Below, in pieces: positions 19,201 through 26,504 of a stretch of 37,944 bases of DNA. Numbering within the stretch: the first letter of the stretch is position 1; the number at the start of each line of letters is the position of its first letter. The translations under genes and the position numbers were made by a program. The DNA lies in contig CAZBBK010000061.1 of the NCBI GenBank assembly GCA_964490075.1, forward strand, positions 1-37,944. Reading direction: 5' to 3'. Source of the DNA: an uncultured Gemmatimonadota bacterium (lineage in GTDB: Bacteria; GCA-2686955). The notes under the pieces were generated by a model. The model did no database searches. It was not told the origin of the DNA and saw only the letters and a list, made by a program, of their open reading frames with translations.

Positions 19201-19342
19201 CGCGCGAGGGGAGCACGTCCCAGCCGTCGGTTCCGGTCTCGAATCCCGAGCCGTCGAGCAGCAGGTTGGTGGCCGCGGCAGGCGGCGTGCAGGCCAGCGC
19301 GGTGATGAGGAGCATGGCGGTCTGAGCGAAGCGGTCGATCAT
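16193..19342 (-). CDS. Large secreted clan GH-A glycoside hydrolase (GH39/GH5-like) with N-terminal CBM-like domain
   Basis: Signal peptide MIDRFAQTAMLLITALACTPPAAA; NLLLDGSGFETG...LEPDTDYVFSVY...YVDAAQLEQ CBM-like module; candidate acid/base AYEVFNEP and nucleophile YWATETN. Confidence 0.75.
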   Translation of the reverse strand: MIDRFAQTAMLLITALACTPPAAATNLLLDGSGFETGTDGWDVLPSRDIQDPALADYRRAWGFNTAPVDTVFEGSRALALYGDPELREHEVRWPAIALEPDTDYVFSVYTKVEIEGYPGADCEPAGIYAYLQISNGSSIAISPSDIRDKETTLRSCWSRLYFHFNTADITELGEHPTGHYGFRLVINSRKRDWANEADYSIYVDAAQLEQASTPSVYSKAQPYDIGIDAWRPAQSASLAERARYTYKLFESTEAIRLRYWVAVEEGRARPRAIVARVVDVYQLNAQRRPRILIPMIRLDDPGSGVGELSLDPRALDGGSGIYRIRIVAPLEGVEEELIFGVLRPFDPAAVIDNDANPFGVQVSNCRYSHAHINEDGDPSNDRPECVGAPDGDPECTTEVLETVGPDPNETFWLLRRLGIPHMRIKQVYHPNGFAPNTDQQGTWNLTPLVWYTDAARAFDIEILAMIGDDLKHVENLSSPGLMGYPEWMSPETLGGEPGWQNFVATNATAIQKLVETVGDRIFAYEVFNEPSSLRNSIPADKLIELDQSVLDAIVAEDSSAHVLGFQMTNMGERGANWSPDFPQGRNRAIQEFIEQGGMRAMTGIAMHLPMAQRVDDHADSLYNHGLALRLIHCSRATRGELNRLVWAYDPEMFDNDYWATETNFMASSSYPKYNIPGRDEALPDGRRVDSAREAARELTQHMVTMLGAGWERIHYFVFESAAYTGVHHGVFRSLVDVYGSPRTKLMAYYALSQMLAGAEHVDFVAGAQSRVFETFRRDDKDIVVAFSVDPTIPDFPIQLPAEVRDMWGNLQAAPVFGPDPIFVTVTAGAADAIVRALQEQGAAFDAAAPTLHFDGLPHIAPMGWDLECLSQLWLAYQDDDILGREVRYLKRFDTAEDLGFVLSGEYSQTHQDNRGPVSTAVHSGETAVSGADLLSRYAVLTEQITTTVDLEQYFLIRDREGGQRGAFLVAHTDPGKDPRTFVEVFRQSWADVEERRIAVPTHTVEIAALLEEKGFVVDPAKDYLVDLVLVAIGDGSRVAVDDVFYRAAE

Positions 19343-19382
19343 CTTGGTTCCTGGTTGCAGGGGCGAGGGCTCGTGGCGCAGC

Positions 19383-20549
19383 TCACGCCGCCGGCGGCAG
19401 CTCCCAGGCCGGCATCCGTCCCGGTCCGGCGACCACCGGCTCCGAGGGGTTGTCGAGATCGACCAGGAAGATGTGGGGCTCGACGACATCTCGGGCCCCT
19501 CGATGCTGAGCGGTGTAAGCAGCGTAACGCCCATCCGCCGATACTGAAGGGTGGGTGCGCGAGAACTGATCGAAGAAATGGGAGTAGAAGAGAGCGTCGC
19601 GGGTCGGGCTGAGGGACGGAGAGAGGCGCCGGATGGTGTCCGCGCGGCGGTCGAAGAGCACCAACTGCACGCCGGTCTCGCCCGCGATGACCGCGACCAG
19701 CCGGGTCTCGTCCACCCATTCGACGTTGCAGATCGGGCCCTCGTAGAGCGGAACCGGCTCGCCGCCCCACGAGGGAGCGATCGCGGCCTGGCCCATCAGC
19801 GGCAGGCCGCCGACCTCGCCGGCGACCAGCACCAGATGCTTGCCGTCGCGCGAAAAGGCCACGGCGCCCGGGCCGCGAAACGAGATCGGTGGGCGCACCG
19901 CCTTGCCCGCGAGGTCGACCACGCAGAGATCTGTGAAAGCCCGGCCCTTCGACGACTGAGCACCGTAGGCGAGCAGCGCTTCTCGCGGCGAGAAGACCGG
20001 GCTGCGCAGGCGCCCGGCCTTGGCGGTCAGCACCAGCGACTCCTCCGGTGCCTTGCGGGTGTCCCAGAGCCGCACCTGGCGCCCGGGGCCGGCGGCGATG
20101 TTGGTGGTGTGGATGGCGATCTCGGGGCCACCGGGACGGGCGTGGAAGAAGAGCGGCATGCCCCGGGCGATGGTGCGCGGGGTGATCTGGCGACGGTTGA
20201 CGTCGAGCGCCAGCAGGTGCAGGCGCTCGTTCTCCGACAAGAGCGCCCCGACCGCCTTGTGTCCGGGCAGCCAGCAGGTATAGATCGGTGCGGTCCCGAG
20301 CGGAATCCAGCGCGAGCGCCGCCGCCGCGCCGGATCGAATACGAAGACCCCCCCTTCGTGCCCGTCGTCGGAGACCCCTCCGGCGGCGATCGAATCGCCC
20401 GAGAGGCTCCAGCTCGGCCATCTCGGAGTCTCGACGTCCTCCAGCGCCGGCAGCCCCGGCGGACGACCGGGCAGCGCGAGCACACGATCGGAGCGCCCTG
20501 GGGTCAGCACCCGAACGCGTCCTTCTGGGTCGACATAGGTCAGGCGCAC
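19383..20549 (-). CDS. TolB-like beta-propeller protein
   Basis: Repeated WPSWSLSGD, SPVFSPRE, AFSRDGKHL, PSVSADGRY and MPAW motifs; no obvious signal peptide. Confidence 0.75.
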   Translation of the reverse strand: MRLTYVDPEGRVRVLTPGRSDRVLALPGRPPGLPALEDVETPRWPSWSLSGDSIAAGGVSDDGHEGGVFVFDPARRRRSRWIPLGTAPIYTCWLPGHKAVGALLSENERLHLLALDVNRRQITPRTIARGMPLFFHARPGGPEIAIHTTNIAAGPGRQVRLWDTRKAPEESLVLTAKAGRLRSPVFSPREALLAYGAQSSKGRAFTDLCVVDLAGKAVRPPISFRGPGAVAFSRDGKHLVLVAGEVGGLPLMGQAAIAPSWGGEPVPLYEGPICNVEWVDETRLVAVIAGETGVQLVLFDRRADTIRRLSPSLSPTRDALFYSHFFDQFSRTHPSVSADGRYAAYTAQHRGARDVVEPHIFLVDLDNPSEPVVAGPGRMPAWELPPAA

Positions 20550-20593
20550 GGCGTCGTGACCACCTTCGGCAAGGGGATTTCGGACTGCGGCCC

Positions 20594-20622
20594 AGCCTAG
20601 ATCCGGGGGGGGGACGGGTCAA
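20594..20622 (-). promoter_or_regulatory. Sigma70-type promoter with C9 homopolymer in the spacer
   Basis: Minus strand reads TTGACC, 17-nt spacer CGTCCCCCCCCCGGATC, TAGGCT; about 45 nt upstream of the GTG at 20549. Confidence 0.6.
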
Positions 20623-20823
20623 TGGGGGGGGTCTGTCTCTGGCGTTTCGACATAGCGCGGCAAGCGAAGCGCCCTGCCGTCAGCGCCCGCGACAGCCTGC
20701 GGATCGAGGTCGAGCCGGCGTTGGAGGATCCGGTGCACGCCGCGCTCCCCCGCGCCCGCGCCCGACCCCGACACAAAGCCCAGCTCCGCGCCCGGAACCG
20801 CGAGTCATGACGCCGTTTCGCGA

Positions 20824-20963
20824 CACGACTCACCACTCTCGATCGAGAGTGAGGAGCTACGACCGTATATCCGCCACAACTCGCCGCTCATCGCGATGAA
20901 CCCGGAGCCACGACCGTATTCGCGTCGTTCCTCGCGACTCTCGATCGAGAGTGGTGAGTCGTG
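20824..20963. repeat. 140-bp element bounded by perfect 27-bp inverted repeats that each contain a 16-bp palindrome
   Basis: 20824-20850 CACGACTCACCACTCTCGATCGAGAGT is the exact reverse complement of 20937-20963; internal direct repeat GGAGCYACGACCGTAT at 20853 and 20904. Confidence 0.85.
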
Positions 20964-21064
20964 GCGGAGCCGATCGGAATCACAAGGGCATAGCGCTCTG
21001 GAACGTCCAAGAGCAACAACGTGCGTCTCCGCGGCAAGCGCCTCGGGTCTCGACCCGGATCTTG

Positions 21065-21094
21065 TTGCCTCGACCGGGGCGGCAATGCTATGAA
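21065..21094 (+). promoter_or_regulatory. Possible sigma70 promoter for the ferredoxin
   Basis: TTGCCT, 18-nt spacer ending in TGC, TATGAA. Confidence 0.35.
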
Positions 21095-21183
21095 AGCGGG
21101 GTTCCACGACCATGCACGAGCCTTTCGAGCTCCGGCGCACCAGCGGTCGTGCCGAACGCACACCACGACGGAGACTTATCGAA

Positions 21184-21525
21184 ATGGCGACCTACATCAC
21201 CGATGAATGCATCTCTTGCGGCGCCTGCGAGCCGGAGTGCCCCAACGAGGCGATCACGGAAGGCGACGACATCTATGTGATCGACCCCAGCCTGTGCACC
21301 GAGTGCGTCGGCTTCCACGACGAAGAGGCGTGCCAGGCCTGCTGCCCGGTCGATTGCTGCCTGCCCGATTCCAGCCTGATCGAGACCGAAGCCGTGCTCT
21401 TCGCGCGCGCCAAGCAGATCCACCCCGACGACGACCTCGATCTCGACGAGTCGACTTCGCGCTTCCGCGGCCACCCGGACGACTACGAGAAGGCGGAAGG
21501 CGAAGAGGAGGGGGCGAGGCTCTAG
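21184..21525 (+). CDS. YfhL-family 2[4Fe-4S] ferredoxin
   Basis: CISCGACEPECP and CTECVGFHDEEACQACCP motifs; GGAG upstream of ATG 21184. Confidence 0.93.
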   Translation: MATYITDECISCGACEPECPNEAITEGDDIYVIDPSLCTECVGFHDEEACQACCPVDCCLPDSSLIETEAVLFARAKQIHPDDDLDLDESTSRFRGHPDDYEKAEGEEEGARL

Positions 21526-21554
21526 CCTCCACTCAGCTCACACACTCGCTGCGC

Positions 21555-21592
21555 AAAGAAAGGGCCGTCGATTGCGAATCGACGGCCCCTTT
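21555..21592 (-). terminator. Intrinsic terminator between convergent ferredoxin and tRNA genes (possibly bidirectional)
   Basis: 12-bp stem GGGCCGTCGATT/AATCGACGGCCC, followed by TTTCTTT on the minus strand and CTTT on the plus strand. Confidence 0.85.
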
Positions 21593-21598
21593 CAATGC

Positions 21599-21674
21599 TG
21601 GCACCGGAGGGGGGAATCGAACCCCCAGCATGCGGCTTAGAAGGCCGCCGTTCTATCCATTGAACTACTCCGGC
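21599..21674 (-). tRNA. tRNA-Arg(TCT)
   Basis: GCCGGAG acceptor, TAGTTCAATGGATAGAAC D-arm, GCGGC-CTTCTAA-GCCGC anticodon arm, GGTTCGATTCC T-loop, encoded CCA. Confidence 0.95.
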
Positions 21675-21686
21675 GTGCCCCGGGGC

Positions 21687-21761
21687 TGGTCGGGGCGGCG
21701 AGACTTGAACTCGCGACCCCCTGCTCCCAAAGCAGGTGCGCTTCCACTGCGCCACGCCCCG
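21687..21761 (-). tRNA. tRNA-Pro(TGG)
   Basis: CGGGGCG acceptor, CCTGC-TTTGGGA-GCAGG anticodon arm, GTTCAAGT T-loop, encoded CCA. Confidence 0.95.
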
Positions 21762-21813
21762 ACCGAGGCCTCGAGAACGCGCTTGACGGGCGCACGGCCC
21801 CAAACGCACCGCA

Positions 21814-21842
21814 ATGATGCGAGCTTGCGCCGGGGATTTCAA
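21814..21842 (-). promoter_or_regulatory. Possible sigma70 promoter for the tRNA pair
   Basis: Minus strand TTGAAA, 17-nt spacer, CATCAT, about 50 nt upstream of tRNA-Pro. Confidence 0.45.
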
Positions 21843-22462
21843 GGCCGGTGGCTCTCCACCAGACGGCGCTCGATCTCCCGCCGCGCCGCCGCCATCGCCC
21901 GGCCCCGATGGCTGATCACGCCTTTCGCCTCCATCGACATCTGGGCAAAGGTCTGCCCCCCGCCTTGCCGCGGGGCGAACACAGGATCGTAGCCAAAGCC
22001 TCCGTCCCCGATCGGCTCGAATGCAATCTCGCCCTCGCAGATCCCCTCGACCGAGGTCGCGGCGCCGGCTGGATCGCAGAGCGCCACCACGGTCCGGAAG
22101 CGCGCGCCGCGCCGGGTGGCGCCGCCCATGCGCCGCAGCAGCAGCCGGACGTTGTCGTCGTAGGTGGCGTCCGGGCCGGCGAAGCGGGCCGTCTGCACAC
22201 CGGGAGCCCCGTCGAGGGCGTCGACCTCCAGCCCGGTATCGTCGGCCAGCGCCCAGTGGCCGCTGGCGGCGGCGACCGTGCGCGCCTTGAGCAACGCGTT
22301 GCCCCGCAAGTCCTCGGCCGTCTCTTCGATCTCGCTCGGGACGGCAGGAAAGTCGGCCGCCGGCCGGACCTCGAGCGGGAGCTCCGCGAGCAGAGCGGCC
22401 AGCTCACGGATCTTGTCGCGGTTGCGCGAGGCGATCACCAGGATCGGTCGCGGGCCGGTCAT
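21839..22462 (-). CDS. rdgB: RdgB/HAM1 non-canonical purine NTP pyrophosphatase
   Basis: ASRNRDKIRE, NALLKA, LADDTGLEVDALDGAPGV, GFGYDPVF and ISHRGRA; ATGA overlap with rph. Confidence 0.95.
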   Translation of the reverse strand: MTGPRPILVIASRNRDKIRELAALLAELPLEVRPAADFPAVPSEIEETAEDLRGNALLKARTVAAASGHWALADDTGLEVDALDGAPGVQTARFAGPDATYDDNVRLLLRRMGGATRRGARFRTVVALCDPAGAATSVEGICEGEIAFEPIGDGGFGYDPVFAPRQGGGQTFAQMSMEAKGVISHRGRAMAAARREIERRLVESHRP

Positions 22463-23190
22463 CCTTCCAACGCTCCGCGCTGCAGCTCGATCAACCCTTC
22501 GATCCCACCCGCCGCCGAATCGAGCAGGCGGTCGTGAGCGGCGCGGCCGAAGGGCGCCCCCTCGGCGGTGCCCTGCACCTCGACGAAGCTCCCCGTCTCC
22601 GTCATCACCACGTTCATGTCGACGTCGGCGTGCAGATCTTCTTCGTAGCAGAGGTCGAGCAGCACCCGCCCGCCGACCAGGCCGACGCTGACCGCCGCCA
22701 CCTGGTGGTGGACGATCCGCCGCCAGTCGCCACCCTCGCCTGCCAGCCTGCGGATCGCCTGCGCGGTCGCCAGCCAGGCGCCGGTGATGGCGGCGGTGCG
22801 AGTGCCGCCGTCGGCCTGGATCACGTCGCAGTCGAGGCACAAGGTCTTCCCCTTGAGCCGCTTCAGGTCGACCGCCGCGCGGATGCTGCGACCGATCAGG
22901 CGCTGGATCTCGTGGGTGCGTCCCTTGATCTTGCCGCGCACCGACTCGCGCGGCGTGCGCTCGTGCCCGGCGCGCGGCAGCATCGAGTACTCGGCGGTCA
23001 ACCAGCCGCTGTCGCCGTTGCGCATCCAGGGCGGCACTTTCGGCTCGATGGTGGCGGTGCAGAGCACCCGCGTGCGGCCGACTTCGACCAGCACCGAGCC
23101 TTCGGCGTGATCGATGTAGTCGAGCGTGAAGCGGACCGGGCGCAGCTCATCGGCGGCGCGCTGATCGGGGCGAGACGAGGCTGGTTCCAT
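22459..23190 (-). CDS. rph: Ribonuclease PH
   Basis: AEGSVLV, GWLTAEYSMLPRA, GRTHEIQRLIGRS, DCDVIQADGGTRTAAITG and EVQGTAEG; alternative start at 23202. Confidence 0.97.
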   Translation of the reverse strand: MEPASSRPDQRAADELRPVRFTLDYIDHAEGSVLVEVGRTRVLCTATIEPKVPPWMRNGDSGWLTAEYSMLPRAGHERTPRESVRGKIKGRTHEIQRLIGRSIRAAVDLKRLKGKTLCLDCDVIQADGGTRTAAITGAWLATAQAIRRLAGEGGDWRRIVHHQVAAVSVGLVGGRVLLDLCYEEDLHADVDMNVVMTETGSFVEVQGTAEGAPFGRAAHDRLLDSAAGGIEGLIELQRGALEG

Positions 23191-23208
23191 TGGGTAACCC
23201 ATGAAGAG

Positions 23209-24018
23209 TCAAAGTGTTGCGAAGTCGGCGAGCTCCACGGCGGGGAGCGGCGCGCCCAGGAAGCGCGCGCCCACCTCGCTGAAGCGTGTCGCGGTGTCGG
23301 TCACGTAGAAGCGGTGCGCCGGACGTGGCCGGTCGTCCGCGGAAGCGAAGGACCGCGCGGGATCTGCCAGCAGAGAACGCAGCTCGCGCGCCACCGCCCG
23401 CGCCGAATCGACCAGCGTGACATCGGGACCGATCACGCGCTGGATGACCGGCTCCAGCAGGGGATAGTGGGTGCAGCCGAGCACCAGCGCGCGGATCCCG
23501 GCGGCGGCCAGCGGCAGCAAGTAGTCGCGGGCGATCAGCTCGGTGGCGGGATGGTCGACCATCCCCTCCTCGGCCAGCGGCACGAAGAGCGGGCAGGCCC
23601 GGCATTCGACGCGCGCCGATGGATCGAGGAGCGCCGCGGCGGCCTGGTAGGCCGAGCTCTTCACCGTCCCCACGGTGCCGATCACTCCCAGGGCTTCGCC
23701 GGCGGCGGCCTGCAGGCCGGCGCGCACGCCCGGCTCCAGCACACCGATCACGGGATGCTCGTAGCGGCGGCGCAGCTCGTCGATGGCGAGCGCCGAGGCG
23801 GTGTTGCAGGCGACCACCAGGGCCGCGACGCCGTGGTCGGCGAGGAAGTCGCCGTTCTCCTTGCTGAAGCGGCGAATGGTGCGGGGCGATTTCGGGCCGT
23901 AGGGGACCCGCGCCGTGTCTCCCAGGTAGATCACCTGGCGCCGCGGCAGCAGCTCCATGATGGCGCGCGCCACCGTGAGCCCGCCGACGCCCGAATCGAA
24001 GACCCCGATCGCCCCCAT
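23209..24018 (-). CDS. murI: Glutamate racemase
   Basis: IGVFDSGVGGLTV, GDTARVPYG, VACNTASA and LVLGCTHYPLL. Confidence 0.97.
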   Translation of the reverse strand: MGAIGVFDSGVGGLTVARAIMELLPRRQVIYLGDTARVPYGPKSPRTIRRFSKENGDFLADHGVAALVVACNTASALAIDELRRRYEHPVIGVLEPGVRAGLQAAAGEALGVIGTVGTVKSSAYQAAAALLDPSARVECRACPLFVPLAEEGMVDHPATELIARDYLLPLAAAGIRALVLGCTHYPLLEPVIQRVIGPDVTLVDSARAVARELRSLLADPARSFASADDRPRPAHRFYVTDTATRFSEVGARFLGAPLPAVELADFATL

Positions 24019-24019
24019 C

Positions 24020-24637
24020 TCAGCCGCTTCCGTCGACGCCGCGCAGCTCGTCGAGCACGTCGACGTGGCCCAGCAGCGAGCTCGGCTGGCGCCCCTCGAC
24101 CAGCAGCCGGACGCCGGTGGCGCGCGGATCGTTGGCCAGGATCGAGCGGGCCAGGGAGCGGATCGTCAGCACCTCGCCGCGGGTGCCGCCCGGATGTCGC
24201 TCGACCAGGTCGGCGCTGAGGTCGAGGTAGACGATCTCGGCGTCGTCGATGAACACGTGGCGCACGTCGACCCCGGGGGGGATGGTACGCGCGTACCCCT
24301 GGGTCGACCCGGCGGCCAGCTCGCGCACGATCGCCGCCGCGCGCGAGCCGCGGTCGTCGGTGTCGGCGACGTCGCGCATCTCCGGAACCAGGCGCTCGCC
24401 GCCGGCGTCGGAGAAGTAGAGCACCACCGACGCCACCGGCCGCAGCTCTTCCAGCATCTGCCCGGTCTCGGCCGCGGGGTCGGCGCCGTCGGTGCCGGCC
24501 GAGGCGCCCTGATGCCCGCCGCCCCCCGGCAGCAGCCCGCGCCAGGCCAGGTAGCCGGTCGGCAGCGCCAGGCCGATCACGACCAGCAGCAGCGGTGCCA
24601 GCCAGCGCGACCGATCGCTGGTGTCCAGGTCGTTCAT
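24020..24637 (-). CDS. GerMN domain membrane-anchored protein
   Basis: N-terminal TM; VLYFSD..LVPEMR, ELAAG, VYLDLS, VRLLVEG and GHVD pattern; typical position between amidase and murI. Confidence 0.85.
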   Translation of the reverse strand: MNDLDTSDRSRWLAPLLLVVIGLALPTGYLAWRGLLPGGGGHQGASAGTDGADPAAETGQMLEELRPVASVVLYFSDAGGERLVPEMRDVADTDDRGSRAAAIVRELAAGSTQGYARTIPPGVDVRHVFIDDAEIVYLDLSADLVERHPGGTRGEVLTIRSLARSILANDPRATGVRLLVEGRQPSSLLGHVDVLDELRGVDGSG

Positions 24638-25776
24638 CGCAGCGCCTCCGTCTCCGCGGAGCGGTAGTGATCGACCCCCGCGATGATGGCGCGCGCGACC
24701 TTCTGGCGAAAGGCGGCGGTGCCGAGCAGCGCCTCGTCGGAGGGGTGGGAGAGGAAGCCGACGTCGACCTGGATTGCCGGCAGATTGGCGACCCGCAGCA
24801 GCGGCAGTCGGGCGTGGTTGACGCCGCGGTTGCGCAGGCCGAGCCGGCGCGCCAGCGAGAGCTGCACGGCGCGCGCCACGTCGCAGGAGCGCACCACGTG
24901 ACCGGCCTGCGCTCCCTCCCAGGGAACGAACTCGATCGGCTCGCTGGAGGCGGCCTCGCCGATACGGCCGTCGCCCAGGCAGTAGACCTCGAAGCCCTCG
25001 GCCGCGGCCGCCCAGGAGGCGTTGGCATGGATCGAGATCAAGAGGTCGGCGCCGGCCCCGTTGGCGATCGCGGCGCGCTCCTCGATGGTCAGCGAGCGAT
25101 CGGCGGAGCGGGTCAGCACCGCTTCGATCTTGCGCTCGCGCAGCAAGCCCTGGAGGCGCCTCACCACGTCCAGCGCGACGGTCGCCTCGCTGGTTCCCCT
25201 TTTGCCCCGCGCCCCCGGATCGTCTCCTCCGTGCCCGGCATCGAGCACCACGCGGCGCAGCGGGCGGATGGTCGCGCTGAAGCGCTCCGGTGCTTCGTCG
25301 ATCGCGCCGAAGGCGGGCGGAGGAGCGGGCCGCAGGCGCGCGGCGACCACCGCCGGCACCTCGATCTCGTCGCGCTCCTGCCGCCAGACGAAGCGGTCGC
25401 CGGTCAACTCCGACAGGAGCGGAGCCACCGCGGCGACCGGAATGCCCGGCTCGCCATCGACGCCGTGCGCCGGCGCGCGCAGATTCAGCGGAGTGCCGTC
25501 GAGCACCGCCCAGCGGTTCCCCATCGTGACCCGGAGCTTGCGCTCCCCGTACTTGAGCACCGCCTTGCGCACGTCGGCCCGCCAGTAGCGGGTGGCGCCG
25601 GTGACGCGCGCCAGGTCCGACAGGCGCAGTAGCTCCACGCCGCCGACCCGCGCCACCGGCAGGCGCTGAATCAGGCGCACGCTGTCGGCCCCCGCCCGGT
25701 AGACCAGGTCGACGCCAGCGGCACGCGCGGTCTGCGCGATCAGGATCGCCAGCGCCAGAGCACCCCAGAACCTCAA
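24634..25776 (-). CDS. N-acetylmuramoyl-L-alanine amidase (Amidase_3) with signal peptide
   Basis: VVLDAGHGGDDPGA, SEATVAL, LTR...ERAAIAN...DLLISIHANAS; the catalytic Glu position appears as Asp (PAIQVDVGF). Confidence 0.88.
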   Translation of the reverse strand: MRFWGALALAILIAQTARAAGVDLVYRAGADSVRLIQRLPVARVGGVELLRLSDLARVTGATRYWRADVRKAVLKYGERKLRVTMGNRWAVLDGTPLNLRAPAHGVDGEPGIPVAAVAPLLSELTGDRFVWRQERDEIEVPAVVAARLRPAPPPAFGAIDEAPERFSATIRPLRRVVLDAGHGGDDPGARGKRGTSEATVALDVVRRLQGLLRERKIEAVLTRSADRSLTIEERAAIANGAGADLLISIHANASWAAAAEGFEVYCLGDGRIGEAASSEPIEFVPWEGAQAGHVVRSCDVARAVQLSLARRLGLRNRGVNHARLPLLRVANLPAIQVDVGFLSHPSDEALLGTAAFRQKVARAIIAGVDHYRSAETEALR

Positions 25777-26243
25777 CCTCGTCCTCTCATTCGCGCGGCC
25801 TCTTGCGCCGCCTCGCGCTCGTCCTGCCGCCGGCGCTCGGAGTGGCGCCGGTCGGAGTGGGTCTTGCCGCGGGCCAGCGCGATCTCGACCTTGGCCCAGC
25901 CGCCCTTGAGGTATACCGCGAGCGGCACCACGGTCAGACCCTTCTCTTCGATTCGGGTCCGCAGCTTATCGATTTCTCGATGGTGGAGCAGCAGCTTCCG
26001 CGCGCGCAGGGGATCGTGGTTGAATCGCGACGCCTCCTCGTAAGGAGCGATGTGGACGCCGACCAGCCAGGCCTCGCCGGCATCGATCTGCACATAGCCC
26101 TCGCGCAGGCTGATGTTGCCCCCCCGCAGCGACTTGATCTCGCTCCCGAGCAGCACCAGGCCGGCCTCGAAGCGTTCCAGGATCTCGTAATCGTGGCGCG
26201 CCTTTCGGTTGCGTGCGATGAGCTTGAAGCTGTCCTTGGCCAA
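25773..26243 (-). CDS. smpB: SsrA-binding protein
   Basis: NRKARHDY, EAGLVLLGSEIKSLR, NHDPLRARKLLLHHREI and KGLTVVPL. Confidence 0.97.
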   Translation of the reverse strand: MAKDSFKLIARNRKARHDYEILERFEAGLVLLGSEIKSLRGGNISLREGYVQIDAGEAWLVGVHIAPYEEASRFNHDPLRARKLLLHHREIDKLRTRIEEKGLTVVPLAVYLKGGWAKVEIALARGKTHSDRRHSERRRQDEREAAQEAARMRGRG

Positions 26244-26255
26244 AGCCCCGCTCCC

Positions 26256-26504
26256 TCAGTCGAAACGCCGCAGCAGCAGCGCATCGATCCGCGCCCCGGG
26301 TCCGCGGTTGAGCTCGACGATCTGGTGGCGGGTCGCCGCGCTCCAGTCGCGCAGGTCGCGCTCGGCGCCCGGGTCGTCGGCCAGCAGCCGCACCTGTGCT
26401 CCCGGCGCGACCCTCTTGATCGCCTTGGCGATCTCGATGATCGGCGCCGGACAGAGCTTGCCTCGAGCGTCGATCACCGGGACGGCGTCGCTCAGATCCG
26501 CCAC
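26256..26504 (-). CDS. TusA-family sulfur carrier
   Basis: IDARGKLCPAPII (CPxP) and LLADDPGAERDL; GTG start with GGAG upstream, overlapping the upstream gene. Confidence 0.88.
   Translation of the reverse strand: MADLSDAVPVIDARGKLCPAPIIEIAKAIKRVAPGAQVRLLADDPGAERDLRDWSAATRHQIVELNRGPGARIDALLLRRFD

Noticed and set aside
21599-21761. tRNA-anchored integrative element
   Set aside because: No integrase and no duplicated tRNA 3' end seen; a normal terminator follows the tRNAs.
25773-26260. tmRNA gene next to smpB
   Set aside because: smpB is tightly flanked by coding genes and I found no tRNA-Ala-like ends in the window.
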